This document shows positions 17,861 through 32,588 of a stretch of 64,000 bases of DNA, in pieces. Under the pieces are notes generated by a model. That model made no database searches. It was not told where the DNA came from and saw nothing but the letters and a program-made list of their open reading frames with translations. The stretch is from assembly GCF_009914755.1 (NCBI RefSeq), contig NC_060947.1; one strand, given 5' to 3'. Source of the stretch: the human T2T-CHM13v2.0 reference genome, Homo sapiens. Numbering within the stretch: position 1 is the stretch's first letter; every line of letters starts with the position of its first letter. The position numbers were made by a program, and so were the translations under genes.

Positions 17861-19299
17861 GTCTCACACCTCTGGATCTCAAAACTTACTACAAATCTAC
17901 AATAATGAAAACAGTATGGTACTGACATAAGGACAGACATATAGATGAATGGAATAGAATAGAGAGCCCAGATATAAACATTCACCTATATAGTCAACAT
18001 TTTATTTTTGACAAAGGTACAAAGACCATTCAATGGGGGAAAGAAATGCCTTTTCAACAAATGGTGGTAGGAAGACTGAATATCTACATTTAAAAGAATG
18101 AAGTTGGATCCTTACTCAGCACCGTATACAAAAATTAATTCAAAATGGATCAAATACCTGTACATAAGATCTAAAACTATAAAATTCTTAGAACACATGG
18201 GACATTGGATGTGGCATTTGATATGACAACAAAAACACAGGCAACAAAAGAAAAAAATAGATAAATGAGGCTTCAACAAATCAAAAACTTTTGTGCATCA
18301 AAGGACACTAACAAAAGAAAAGACAACCCACAGAATGAAAGAAAAGCTTTACAAATCATGTATCTGATAAGGAATTAATATTCAGAATATATAAAGAACT
18401 TCTACCATTCAATAACAGAAGAAACAAACAACCCAATTTGAAAATGGGCAAATAACTTGAGTAAAACATTTCTCCAAAGAAGATGTACAGATGGCCAACA
18501 ATCATATGAAAAGATGCTCAACTTCACTAATTAGAGAAATGCATATTAAAACCACAATGAGAGACCATTTTACACCCATTAGGGATGACATTATTTTTAA
18601 AAATGTGAAATAACAAATGTTAGCAAGCATGTGGATAATTGGAACCCTCTTGCATTACTATTGGGAATGTAAAATGGTGCAGCTACTGTGAAAAAACAAT
18701 TTGATCGTTCTTAAATGTAGAGTTACCATGTGAACTGGCAATTTCACTCCTGAGTATACTGAAAAGCACTGAAAGCAGGGACTCAAACAGATACTTGTAC
18801 ACCAAGGTTCATAGCAGCTTTATTCACAATAGCCAAAATGTGCAAACAACTCAAGTGTCCATCAACACATGAATGAATGAACAAAATGTGGTAAATACAT
18901 AAAATTGAATATTGTTCAGCCTTAAAAAGAAATTAAATTCTGATGCATGTTATAACATGGATGAACCTTGAAAACATTATGCTAAGTGAAGTAAGCCAGA
19001 CACAAAAGGACAAACATAGCATAATTTTATTTCTATGAGATACTCAGAATAGGCACATTTGCAGAGATAGAAAATAGAATAGAGGCTACTAGGAGCCAGG
19101 GGAAGGGAAAAATTAGGACTTATTATTTAATAGGTGCAGCGTTTCTGTTTGTAGTGATGAAAACATTCTGGAAATTGATAGTGGTGATGGTTGCTTGACA
19201 TTGTGAATGTATTTAATGCCACCGAATTGTACATTTTTAAATGGTAAGTTTTATGTTATGTATATTACTACATTTAAAATGCAAAAAAAGTAAAGCCAA

Positions 19300-22200
19300 G
19301 ATAGCTAACTTGAAAAAATAAAGGGATGGAGAAAGATATACCATGATAACACTAACTAAAGAACGCTGGAATGTCTATATTAATTTCAGAAAAGGAAGTT
19401 CAGAGCAAGGAAATATCCAGGATAAAGAGGAGCACTGCATTGATGATAAAGGGGTCAGTTCTCCAAGAACACATAGCAATCTTTAATGCTATGTGTCTAA
19501 TAACAGACTGTCAAAATACATGATGCAAAAACTGATCAAACTGCATGAGAAATAGACAAATCCACAATTATAGTTGCAGATTTCAACAGACATCTTTCAG
19601 TAATTGATAGATCAAGTAGAAAGAAAATTAGTAAGGATATAGTGGAATTGAATGCCCCATCAATCAACTGGATCTAATTGACGTTTATGGAATACTTTAT
19701 TCAACAACAGCAGAATACACATTCTTCTCAAGCTCACATGGATCATTCGCCAATATAGACCACATCATGAGCCATAAAAAAACACATGAACAATTTTTTT
19801 AAATAAAAATTATACAAAGTATGTTCTCAGTACACAGCAGAATTACACTAGAAATCTATAACAGAAAAATAGCTGGAAAATCCCCAAATATTTGGGGATT
19901 AAATAACACATTTTTAAATGGCATATAGATCAAATAAATAGTCTCAAAAGAAATTTTAAAAACATTTTGAGATAAAGAAAATAAAAATATAACTTACCAG
20001 TTTGTGGGATGCAGGGAAATTCAGAGGAGAATTTATAGCATTAAAAGTGTATATTAGAAAAGAAAGAAACTAAAATTAATAATCTAAGCTTCCAGCTATG
20101 AAACTAGAGAAAGTAGAATGATTTAAGCCTAAAGCAACTAGAAAAAAGAAAAAATTAAATCAGAAATCAATGAAATTGAAAACAGGAAAACAATACAGCA
20201 AATCAGCAAAACCAAAAACTTGTTCACTTGTTTGTTTGCTTGTTTAAAAAAAGGTAAATAAGATCAATAAACCTCTAGCTAGACTGACTGAGGGAAGAAA
20301 AAGAAGGCAAAAAATTCCAATGTGAAAAATGAAAGTGAAGTCATCACTGCTGATCCTATGGACATTCAAAAGATAATAAAGGAATAATATGAACATCCCT
20401 ATGCTCACAACTTGACAACTTATATGAAATGGAACAATTTCTTGAAAGACACAAACTATTAAACTGACACAAGGAGAAATAGATCATTTGAATAGGCCTA
20501 TATCTAGCAGAGAAATTGAATTAATCATTCATAACGTTACAAAAAAAATAGTTACAGGCCCAAATAGTTTCACTGGTGAACTCTACCAAACATTTAAAGA
20601 AGAAATGCTACAAATTATCTACAATCTCTTCCAGAAAAAAAGATAAAAAATATTCCTTAACTCATACTATGAGGCCAGCATTACCCTAATATGAAAACCT
20701 AATACCACTGCCCTAATACCAAAGATAAAGACATTACAAGAAAAGTCAACTACAGAACAATGTCTCTCATGAATACAAATGCAAAAATCCTCTACAAAAT
20801 AGTATCAAACTGAATCCACAATGTATAAAAACTATACACATGACCAAGTGGGATTTATTTCAAATATGCAAGACTGGTTCAGCATTCAAAAATCAATTAA
20901 TGTAATCCGCTGCATCAACAGGCTAAGGAAGAAAAATCATATGATCATGTCAACTGATCCAGAAAAAGCATTTCACAAAATTCAAAACCCATTCATGATA
21001 AAAAAACAAAACCTCTCAGCAATCTAATGGGGGGAACTTTTACAATTTGATAAAGAACATCTACAAAAAAACCTGCAGCTCACTTCATATTAATGGTGAG
21101 TAACAGGATGCTTTCTCCTTAAGATCAGGAACAGAGAAGGATATATCCTTTCATCACTCCTATTCAACATTATACTGGAAATCCCAGTTAGCGCAATAAG
21201 AGAAGAAAAGGAAATATAGTATACAAATTGGGAAAGAAAAAATAACACTCTGTTCACAGGTGACATTATAGTCAGTGTAGAAAGTCCCAGAAATTGACCA
21301 AAAAACCCCAAACCTCCTAGAACTAATATATACAAATTTCAATTGCTTTTATTTTCAAATTAGAATTTGAAATTAAAAACACAATAACATCTACAATAGC
21401 ACCCAAAATTTAGATATAAATTTAACATGTATAGGATCTACATGTCAAAAACTAGAAAACTCAGATGAAAGAAATTAAATATGACCTGAATAAATTGAGA
21501 GAGGTTCTGTGTTCATGGATTAGAAGGCTTGATATTGTTAAATGTCAATTCTTCCCAATTTAATCTAAAGATTCAATGCAATTCTGATCAAAATCTCAGC
21601 AAGTTATTTTCTAGATATCAACAAACTGATTCTAAAGATTATATGGAAAAGCAAAATTCCCAGAATAGCCAACAAAATACTGGAGAAGGAGAATAAAGTT
21701 AAAAGATTGACACTATCCAACTTCAAGACTTATTATAAAGCTACAGTAATGGAAACAGTGTGCCACTGGTGAAAGATGGACAAGTAGATCAACGGAACAG
21801 AATAGAGACCCCAGAAAACAGACCCACACATATATAGGTAACTGATCTTTGACAAGGAGCAAAGGCAATTCTATATAGAAAGGATAGTTTTTTCAACAAA
21901 ACATCCATATGCAAAAAATGACTGTAGACACAGACTTTAAACCTTTCACAATAATTAACTCAAAGGGAATCATAGACCTAAACATAAAGTGCAATACTAT
22001 AAAAGTTCTAGAAGATAACACAAGAGAAAATCCATGTGACCTGGGATTTGGCAATTAGTTTTTAAATAAACACCAAAGTGCAACCCATGAAAGAAAAAAT
22101 GATAAACTGGACTTTACTAAAATTAAAATTTCTCTGTGACACTGTTTAGAGAATCAAAAGACAAGCTACACTCTGGGAGAAAATATTTGCAAACCACATA

Positions 22201-22435
22201 CGTGATGAAAAAAACTTGTATTCAAAATATACCATGAAGTCTTTAAACTCAACAATGAGAAAACAAATAATTCAATTAAGAAATAGGCAAAAAGATGAAC
22301 AGATATCCACCTAATCAGATATACAGATATCAAATAAACATATGAAAAGATACTCAACATTATATGTCATTAGGTATTGCAAATTCAAACAACAATGAGA
22401 TACCACTACACACCTATTAGAAAGATGAAAATTTT
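19300..22435 (+). mobile_element. Old L1MC/MD ORF2 segment
   Basis: Decayed EN-to-RT sequence, e.g. ORF 20821-21027 [21 protein letters not shown]. Confidence 0.85.
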
Positions 22436-22735
22436 GGCCAGGTGCGGCAGCTCACACACCGCTCCTACATGATTTTTTAAAACCATATACATTTAACACA
22501 TCACTCCTACATGATGTTTTAAAAGCATATACATTAAGTTCACTCTTCGTGCTTCAAGGTTCTGTGGATTTTGACAAATATATACTATCACGGTAATGAA
22601 CCTGCATGAGCACTCCCTGAACCTAAAGTAAATGTTGCAATTTTTGTAAATGATGCATATGAGCCATAGCAATAAAAAGTATATTTTTAAGTAAAAAAAA
22701 AAAAAAAGACAGAAAGAAAGAAATGAAACAATTTC

Positions 22736-23059
<324 letters not shown>

Positions 23060-23116
23060 TCACTGAAAGGAGTGGGGGTAATAGATTCTAAGTACCTTTA
23101 GAAATGTGTGGAGTAG

Positions 23117-23400
23117 GGCCAGGTGCAGTGGCTCATGCCTGTATTCCCAACACTTTGGGAGGCCAAGGCAGGAGGATCGCTTGAGCCCAGGAGTTGTAGA
23201 CCAGCTGCTGTCTCTATACAAAGCACAAATATTAGCTGGCCATGGTGGCGTGCAACTGTATTCCCAGCTATTTGGGAGGCTGAAGTGGGAAGGTCACCTG
23301 AGTCCAGGAGGTCAAGGCCACACTGAGCCATGAACATGCCACTGCACTCCAGCCTGGGCAACAGAGTGAGACCCTGAAAAAGATGAAAGAAAGAGAAAAA
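23117..23400 (+). mobile_element. AluJ whose tail has expanded into GA/GGAA repeats
   Basis: GGAGGATCGCTTGAGCCCAGGAG AluJ diagnostic. Confidence 0.9.
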
Positions 23401-23402
23401 AA

Positions 23403-23532
23403 GAGAGAGAGAGAGAGAGGGAGGGAAGGAAGGAAGGAAGGAAGGAAGGAAGGAAGGAAGGAAGGAAGGAAGGAAGGAAGGAAGGAAAGGGGAAGGGGAA
23501 GGAAGGAAGGAAAGAAGGGAAGGAAGGAAGGA
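23403..23532 (+). repeat. (GA)n/(GGAA)n microsatellite with 16 uninterrupted GGAA at 23424-23487
   Basis: Direct read. Confidence 0.97.
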
Positions 23533-23539
23533 CTGAGAA

Positions 23540-25050
23540 AAGAAAAGAGTGGAGTTTGTAAGATTAACACAAAGAACTGCACATAAGCACTGTAATCTAG
23601 TTGATAAAGTCTGATTCCCATGGGGATATGTGTTAGCCATTCTGATATTGTTATGCATGTATACTGAAATTAAACAATTGACTAAATAGCAGATAGTGGG
23701 AACCAGTGTTTCTTACTGTTCTGTTGGTATGGGAATTCATAGATAAACAAGAAGAGGAGACTAAAATGATCCATGTGGTAATGGATTAGAGTTGGAGGCA
23801 TCAGTATGAGCCCAGATTTAACTTAATACAGATATAAATGGTTATGTATATAAGTGATTATAGATAGGAGCATATACATGGGTTAGTATACGTACATATT
23901 TCTTTGCTCTGTCAGCTGAGAGAGCCTAGAAGCAATGACACCCCTGGAGCAAAAAGCACACCAAGTATCCAGATCTTAGTTTACAATATCATTCTTCAAT
24001 TAGAAAAATGAGGGCTCCTTGGAGAAATGGCTGATTCTAGGACTGGGGCAGGAAACATACAAGTTGAGTTTGGCATCTTGCAGTGCTAGAAACAAGGATG
24101 TGCTAACGGACACACACACACACATACACACACACATACACACACCACACACACATTGATGAGGGGTATGTCAAAAGAGCACAGGAGCCAACTGAAAGAG
24201 CTCCCAATGGCCAAAGCTAGAACAATTTGAGCACAAGCTATAGTATTGGATTATAACCCAAAGTATAAAATGAGTATCCATGAGTCCATAGTGATATAAA
24301 TGACTGAATAAATTAATAAACTGAGGAGAAGAAACAAATCTCCTGTGCAGAAGAGTTCCAAATAACTTATGTGGACATTCTGCCCTCAAGGAGGGGGGTG
24401 CATACCACCCCACTCCTTAGGTGAGGGTTGCACATAGTGACTTTCTTCCAAAGAGTACAGCATGGGAAGGGAAAAAAAAAAGAGAGAGAAAGAGAGGATA
24501 ACTTTACAGTAGAGAAACCTGACAAACACTACCTAAGCAAGGTCAATAACAACAGACATAAATCGTGTTGATAGTATGTATTCTTGATATGATGTAATGA
24601 AAACAGCACTTCAACTCTGCTCTCTTTCTCCTAATAATCCATAACCCCATTCTTACATTATCTCTTGCCTGAGAAAAGCATCAGACCAATTTCAGTCATG
24701 AGGAATCCTACAAAATACCCAACCAGTACTCCAAAATTGTAAAGGAAAGTGTGAGAAACTACTACAGCCAAGAGGAACATAACGAGACACGACGACTACA
24801 TGTAACCTGGTATCCTGAATGGGATACTGGGACAGAAAAAGGACATTAGATAAAAACTAACGAAATCTGAAAAAACCATGTGCTTTAATTAATAATGATG
24901 TACAAGTACTGGTTCATTAACTTTAACAGACGTACCATACTCATGTAATATGTTAATAATAAGAGAAACTTGGTGTAGAATATATGGGAAATCTCTGTAA
25001 CATCTCAAATTTTCTGTAAATCTTAAACTGTTCTAAAAACCAAAGCCTAT
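23540..25050 (+). mobile_element. L1MC3-like long 3'UTR containing (CA)n at ~24110-24155
   Basis: GAGCCAACTGAAAGAGCTCCCAATGGCCAAAGCT...; terminus TTTTCTGTAAATCTTAAACTGTTCTAAAA. Confidence 0.75.
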
Positions 25051-25495
25051 CTTAAAATATTTGGTAACTCAAAAGATGACAAAGTCCATCTCATTATGGT
25101 TCTTATTTGCATTTCTCTGATTAAAGGTGATATTGAACAGCTTTTTATAGGTTTACTGTCCATGCATACTTTTCTTTACTGATTTTCCTGTTTAAGTCCT
25201 TTGCCCTCTTTCCATTGAAGTATTTGTGTTTTTGTTAATACGTTGTAAGATGAAGGAAATTAACCTTTGTCTGTCACGTGTACTCTTTCTCAATTTGTCC
25301 TTTGTCTTTCAATATTATGACATTTTCTGCTTTACAGAATTTTTTCATTTTTACGTAGTCAAACCTGTCAATCTTCCTCTTATGGCTTATGCATTTCATA
25401 TATGCTTGAAAAGGCTGCTGCTACACTGGAATTATAAAAACGTTCACTCATATTTCCTTCTACTGGTTCATGGTTTTATTGTTTTCACATTTTGT

Positions 25496-26337
25496 ATTAT
25501 TATTTTTTTAATTTTTTAAATTTTATTATTATTATACTTTAAGTTTTAGGTTACATGTGCACAACGTGCAGGTTTGTTACATATGTATACATGTGCCATG
25601 TTGGTGTGCTGTGCTGCACCCATTAACTCGTCATTTAGCATTAGGTATATCTCCTAATGCTATCCCTCCCCCCTCCCCCCACCCCACAACAGGCCCCGGT
25701 GTGTGATGTTCCCCTTCCTGTGTCCATGTGTTCTCATTGTTCAATTCCCACCTATGAGTAAGAACACGCGGTGTTTGGTTTTTTGTCTTTGCGATAGTTT
25801 GCTGAGAATGATGGTTTCCAGCTTCATCCATGTCCCTACAAAGAACATGAACTCATCATTTTCTATGGCTGCATAGTATTCCATGGTGTATATGTGCCAC
25901 ATTTTCTTAATCCAGTCTATCATTGTTGGACATTTGGGTTGGTTCCAAGTCTTTGCTATTGTGAATAGTGCCACAATAAACATACGTGTGCATGTGTCTG
26001 TATAGCAGCATGATTTATAATCCTTTGAGTATATACCCAGTAATGGGATGGCTGGGTCAAATGGTATTTCTAGTTCTAGATCCCTGAGGAATCACCACAC
26101 TGACTTCCACAATGGTTGAACTAGTTTACAGTCCCACCAACAGTGTAAAAATGTTCCTATTTCTCCACATCCTCTCCAGCACCTGTTGTTTCCTGACTTT
26201 TTAATGATCGCCATTCTAACTGGTGTGAGATGGTATCTCATTGTGGTTTTGATTTGCATTTCTCTGATGGCCAGTGATGGTGAGCATTTTTTCATGTGTC
26301 TTTTGGCTGCATAAATGTCTTCTTTTGAAAAGTGTCT
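25496..26337 (-). mobile_element. L1PA4-like 3' end (3' part of the composite L1)
   Basis: polyA-derived T tract; 3'UTR with AGGCCCCGGT and GGTTTGTTAC; ORF2 C-terminal fragments. Confidence 0.9.
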
Positions 26338-27053
26338 ACAGACACTCCAGTGAGAATGGCGATCATTAAAAAGTCAGGAAACAACAGATGCTGGAGAGGA
26401 TGTGGAGAAATAGGAACACTTTTACACTGTTGGTGGGACTGTAAACTAATTCAACCATTGTGGAAGTCAGTGTGGCGATTCCTCAGGGATCTAGAACTAG
26501 AAATACCATTTGACCCAGCCATCCCATTACTGGGTATATACCCAAAGGACTATAAATCATGTTGCTATAAAGACACATGCACACGTATGTTTACTGCGGC
26601 ACTATTCACAATAGCAAAGACTTGGAACCAACCCAAATGTCCAACAATGACAGACTGGATTAAGAAAATGTGGCACATATACACCATGGAATACTATGCA
26701 GCCATAAAAAATGATGAGTTCAGGTCCTTTGTAGGGACATGGATGAAATTGGAAATCATCATTCTCAGTAAACTATCACAAGGACAAAAAACCAAACACT
26801 GCATGTTCTCACTCATAGATGGGAATTGCACAATAAGAACACATGGACACAGGAAGGGGAACATCACACTCTGGGGACTGTTATGGGGTGGGGGGTGGGG
26901 AGAGGGATAGCATTAGGAGATATACCTAATGCTAAATGACAAGTTAATGGGTGCAGCACACCAGCATGGCACATGTATACATATGTAACTAACCTGCACA
27001 TTGTGCACATGTACCCTAAAACTTAAAGTATAATAATAATAATAATAATAAAA
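26338..27053 (+). mobile_element. 5'-truncated L1PA3 inserted antisense into the L1
   Basis: ORF2 C-terminus, 3'UTR and (TAA)n tail; TSD GAAAAGTGTCT at 26327-26337 and 27054-27064. Confidence 0.93.
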
Positions 27054-27064
27054 GAAAAGTGTCT

Positions 27065-28461
27065 GTTCATATCCTTTGCCCACTTTTTGATGGGGTTGTT
27101 TGATTTTTTTCTTGTAAATTTGTTTGAGTTCTTTGTAGATTCTGGTTATTAGCCCTTTGTCAGATGGGTAGACTGCAAAAATTTTCTCCCATTCTGTAGG
27201 TTGCCTGTTCACTCTGATGGTAGTTTCTTTTGCTGTGCAGAAACTCTTTAGTTTAATTATATCCCATTTGACTATTTTGGCTTTTGTTGCCATTGCTTTT
27301 GGTGTTTTAGTCATGAAGTCTTTGCCCATGCCTATGTCCTGAATGGTATTGCCTAGGTTTTCTTCTAGGGTTTTTATGGTGTTAGGTCTTACATTTAAGT
27401 CTTTAATCCATTTTGAGTTAATTTTTATATACAGTGTAAGGAAGGGATCCAGTTTCAGCTTTCTACACATGGCTAGCCAGTTTTCCCAGCACCATTTATT
27501 AAATAGGGAATCCTTTCCGCATTGCTTGTTTTTGTCAGGTTTGTCAAAGATCAGATGGTTATAGATGTGTGGTGTTATTTCTGAGGCCTCTGTTCTGTTC
27601 CATTGGTCTATATCTCTGTTTTGGTACCAGTACCATGCTGTTTTGGTTACTGTAGTATAGTCTGAAGTCAGGTAGCGTGATGCCTCCAGCTTTGTTCTTT
27701 TTCCTTAGGATTGCCTTGGCTATGCGGGCTCTTTTTTGGTTCCATATGAAATTTAAAGTAGTTTTTTCCAATTCTTTGAAGAAAGTCAGTGGTAGCTTGA
27801 TGGGGATGGCATTGAATCTATAAATTACCTTGGACAATATGGCCATTTTCACAGTATTGATTCTTCCTATCCATGAGCATGGAATGTTCTTCCATTTGTT
27901 TGTGTCCTCTTTTATTTCGTTGAGTAGTGGTTTGTAGTTCTCCTCGAAGAGGTCCTTCACAGCCCTTGTAAGTTGGATTCCTAGGTATTTTATTCTCTTT
28001 GTGGTAATTATGAATGGGAGTCCACTCATGATTTGGCTCTCTGTTTGTCTCTTAATGGTGTATAGGGATGCTTGTGATTTTTGCACATTGATTTTGTATC
28101 CTGAGACTTTGCTGAAGTTGCTTACCAGCTTAAGGAGATTTTGGGCTGAGATGATGGAGTTTTCTAAATATACAATCATGTCATCTGCAAACAGGGACAA
28201 TTTGACTTCCTCTTTTCCTAATTGAATACCATTTATTTCTTTCTCTTGCCTGATTGCCCTAGCCAGAACTTCCAACACTATGTTGAATAGGAGTGTTGAG
28301 AGAAGGCATCCTTGTTTGTGCCGGTTTTCAAAGGGAATGCTTCCAGTTTTTGCCCATTCAGTATGATATTGGCTGTGGATTTGTCATAAATAGCTCTTAT
28401 TATTTTGAGATATGTTCCATCAATACCTAGTTTATTGAGAGTTTTTAGCATGGAGGGCTGT
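27065..28461 (-). mobile_element. L1PA5/6-like ORF2 interior (non-inverted segment)
   Basis: ORFs 26913-27470 and 27559-28278 (FADD motif); collinear with 25496-26337 across the nested insertion. Confidence 0.9.
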
Positions 28462-28747
28462 GTGGCATCATCCTGATACCAAAGCCTGGCAGAGACACAA
28501 CAAAAAAAAAAAGAGAATTTTAGGCCAATATCCCTGATGAACATCCATGCGAAAATCCTCAATAAAATACTGGCAAACCGAATCCAGCAGCACATCAAAA
28601 AGCTTATCCACCACGATCAAGTTTGCTTCATCCCTGGGATACAAGCCTGGTTCAACATATGCAAATCAATAAACGTAATCCATCACATAAACAGAACCAA
28701 TGACAAAAAACACATGATTATCTCAATAGGTGCAGAAAAGACCTTCG
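28462..28747 (+). mobile_element. Inverted 5' segment of the same L1 (twin priming)
   Basis: Sense ORF2 (..ILIPKPGRD...[24 protein letters not shown]...) ending ~10 nt before the point where the minus segment begins. Confidence 0.9.
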
Positions 28748-29145
28748 GTAGTGGCCAGTTATTACTCATTAGCATTTTTGAGATAAGCTCTCAAGTCTGC
28801 CCTTTCTGCCTTCTTGATGCCAGTGAAAATCATTTTTGTTCCAGGAATGCACTTCTTGTGATTCTCCAAATACTCCATCAGTGTACCCTCTCCCCAGTTG
28901 ATGCCTCTGTTCTTATTGGCATCTGTGTAACAGAATTCAACAGCCTGACCTGTCTTCCACCCAAAGAGGTCATGGAGGTCTGGCCCAGGCTTGTGCTTGA
29001 CTTCCTTTTCCACAGTGTGTCACTGGGCACACTTTTGAGCAAAAATCTTCTTGCCTTTCTCAACATCACCCACATTTAATTCTCTCTTTTATTGCTGGCA
29101 CTATGAAGGTTCCCGCTGGGAAGCCAGACGTCCTGCCCTCTCTCT
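28747..29145 (-). pseudogene. CYCSP43: Processed somatic cytochrome c pseudogene (symbol assigned from remembered position next to FAM155B)
   Basis: Intronless 5'UTR plus CDS 29073-28762: [35 protein letters not shown]...[22 protein letters not shown]; start ATG>GTG; TGA at 29022-29020 in CxxCH; two codons short; 3'UTR cut after ~15 nt. Confidence 0.95.
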
Positions 29146-29309
29146 GACATACTATTCATTTAGTCATATCATCTACTTTAATGCTTTATATTTACCTTGA
29201 TTTTTATCTTTTTTTTTCTTTTTCTGTTTTTTTTACAAGTACTTTAGTTTTTGTTTTTCTGTTTTTCCTTTTACTGTTTTATGTTTTATGCTTTTGCTAT
29301 TCTTCAAAA

Positions 29310-31579
<2,270 letters not shown>

Positions 31580-31580
<1 letters not shown>

Positions 31581-32585
31581 TTTCTATTCGTTTAATAGTT
31601 ACCTTTAAATGTTACCATTTATACTTAAATAAACCAAGTTTAATCGATATCTCTATCTTCTCCTAAGTGATACAAAGACCTTCTAATGCTTTAATGCCCA
31701 TCACTACCACCTCTCCCCCACTTACTTATTACCTTTAATAAGTAATTTAGTTCCACCCTTTTATAAATTCCCCCAACTTAGTCACTATTTTTATTGTTTC
31801 ATATAGGTAATGGTTGTTTATGCTTATCTAAATTTCACAAATTTCTTTGCTCACTATTTTTTCTTTCATCTAATTCTTCCTTCTGGAGATTATTCTAAAA
31901 ATCCGTTAGTGAGGATCTGATTTTACATTTCTGAAAATGTCTTTATTTGGCTCTTGTTTTTAAATATTAGCTTTTCAAAGACTAATCTTCTAGCTTGACA
32001 GATATTTTCCTTTGGCACTTTGAAAGTACTATTCTTGAGAAGTCTTCACAAAGTCAGAAGAGCAGTCTTGAGAAGAGCAGTCTTGAGAAGTCTTCTCTTT
32101 GTTTATGAGTCATTCCTTTGGAGATAATCCATCATCTTTGTCTGGCTTCTTTTCAGATATTCTCTATCTTTTTTACCACCATATGTCTATGTGAGGCTTT
32201 CTTTGTATTTGTGCTGCCTGGGATTGGCAGGGCAGTTGTAATTCTTGAATCTAAAGATTCATGTCATTCATCAACAAAAAAAAATTATCAGCCATTATTC
32301 TTCGGATCTTACTTCTCTCTCATTTTCTCCATTCTCTCCATCTAGAAATGCAATTATATATTCTCATTCTGTCTTCCATATCTTTAAATTTCTCCTTTAC
32401 AATTCCTATCTCTTTCTCTGCTTCTGCTGCATTCTGAGCAATTTCTTCAGATCTGCATTTCAGATAATGCATTTTCTCTTTATTTCTATCTAATTTGCTA
32501 CTTAACCCGCCCATTAAATTTTAAAATCAACAATTACATTTTTTTTATTAATGGGAAACTTACTTGGTTCTTTAAAAAATTTTAT
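31580..32585 (-). mobile_element. Old L1ME/L1M ORF1-region fragment
   Basis: ORF 32320-32514 (-) ...EEIAQNAAEAEKEI..VKEKFKDMEDRMR resembles the ORF1 coiled coil. Confidence 0.55.
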
Positions 32586-32588
32586 CTA

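Noticed and set aside
23098-23658. ORFs with PSFL/EGRK repeats and Alu-like peptides
   Set aside because: Translations of the GGAA microsatellite and Alu; the same applies to the other Alu-derived ORFs
28537-29079. 180-aa L1/CYCS fusion ORF
   Set aside because: Chance read-through from the inverted L1 piece into the antisense strand of the CYCS pseudogene
32030-32095. AGAAGAGCAGTCTTG tandem copies (similar micro-duplications at ~59455 and ~61500)
   Set aside because: Short slippage duplications, common in neutral DNA
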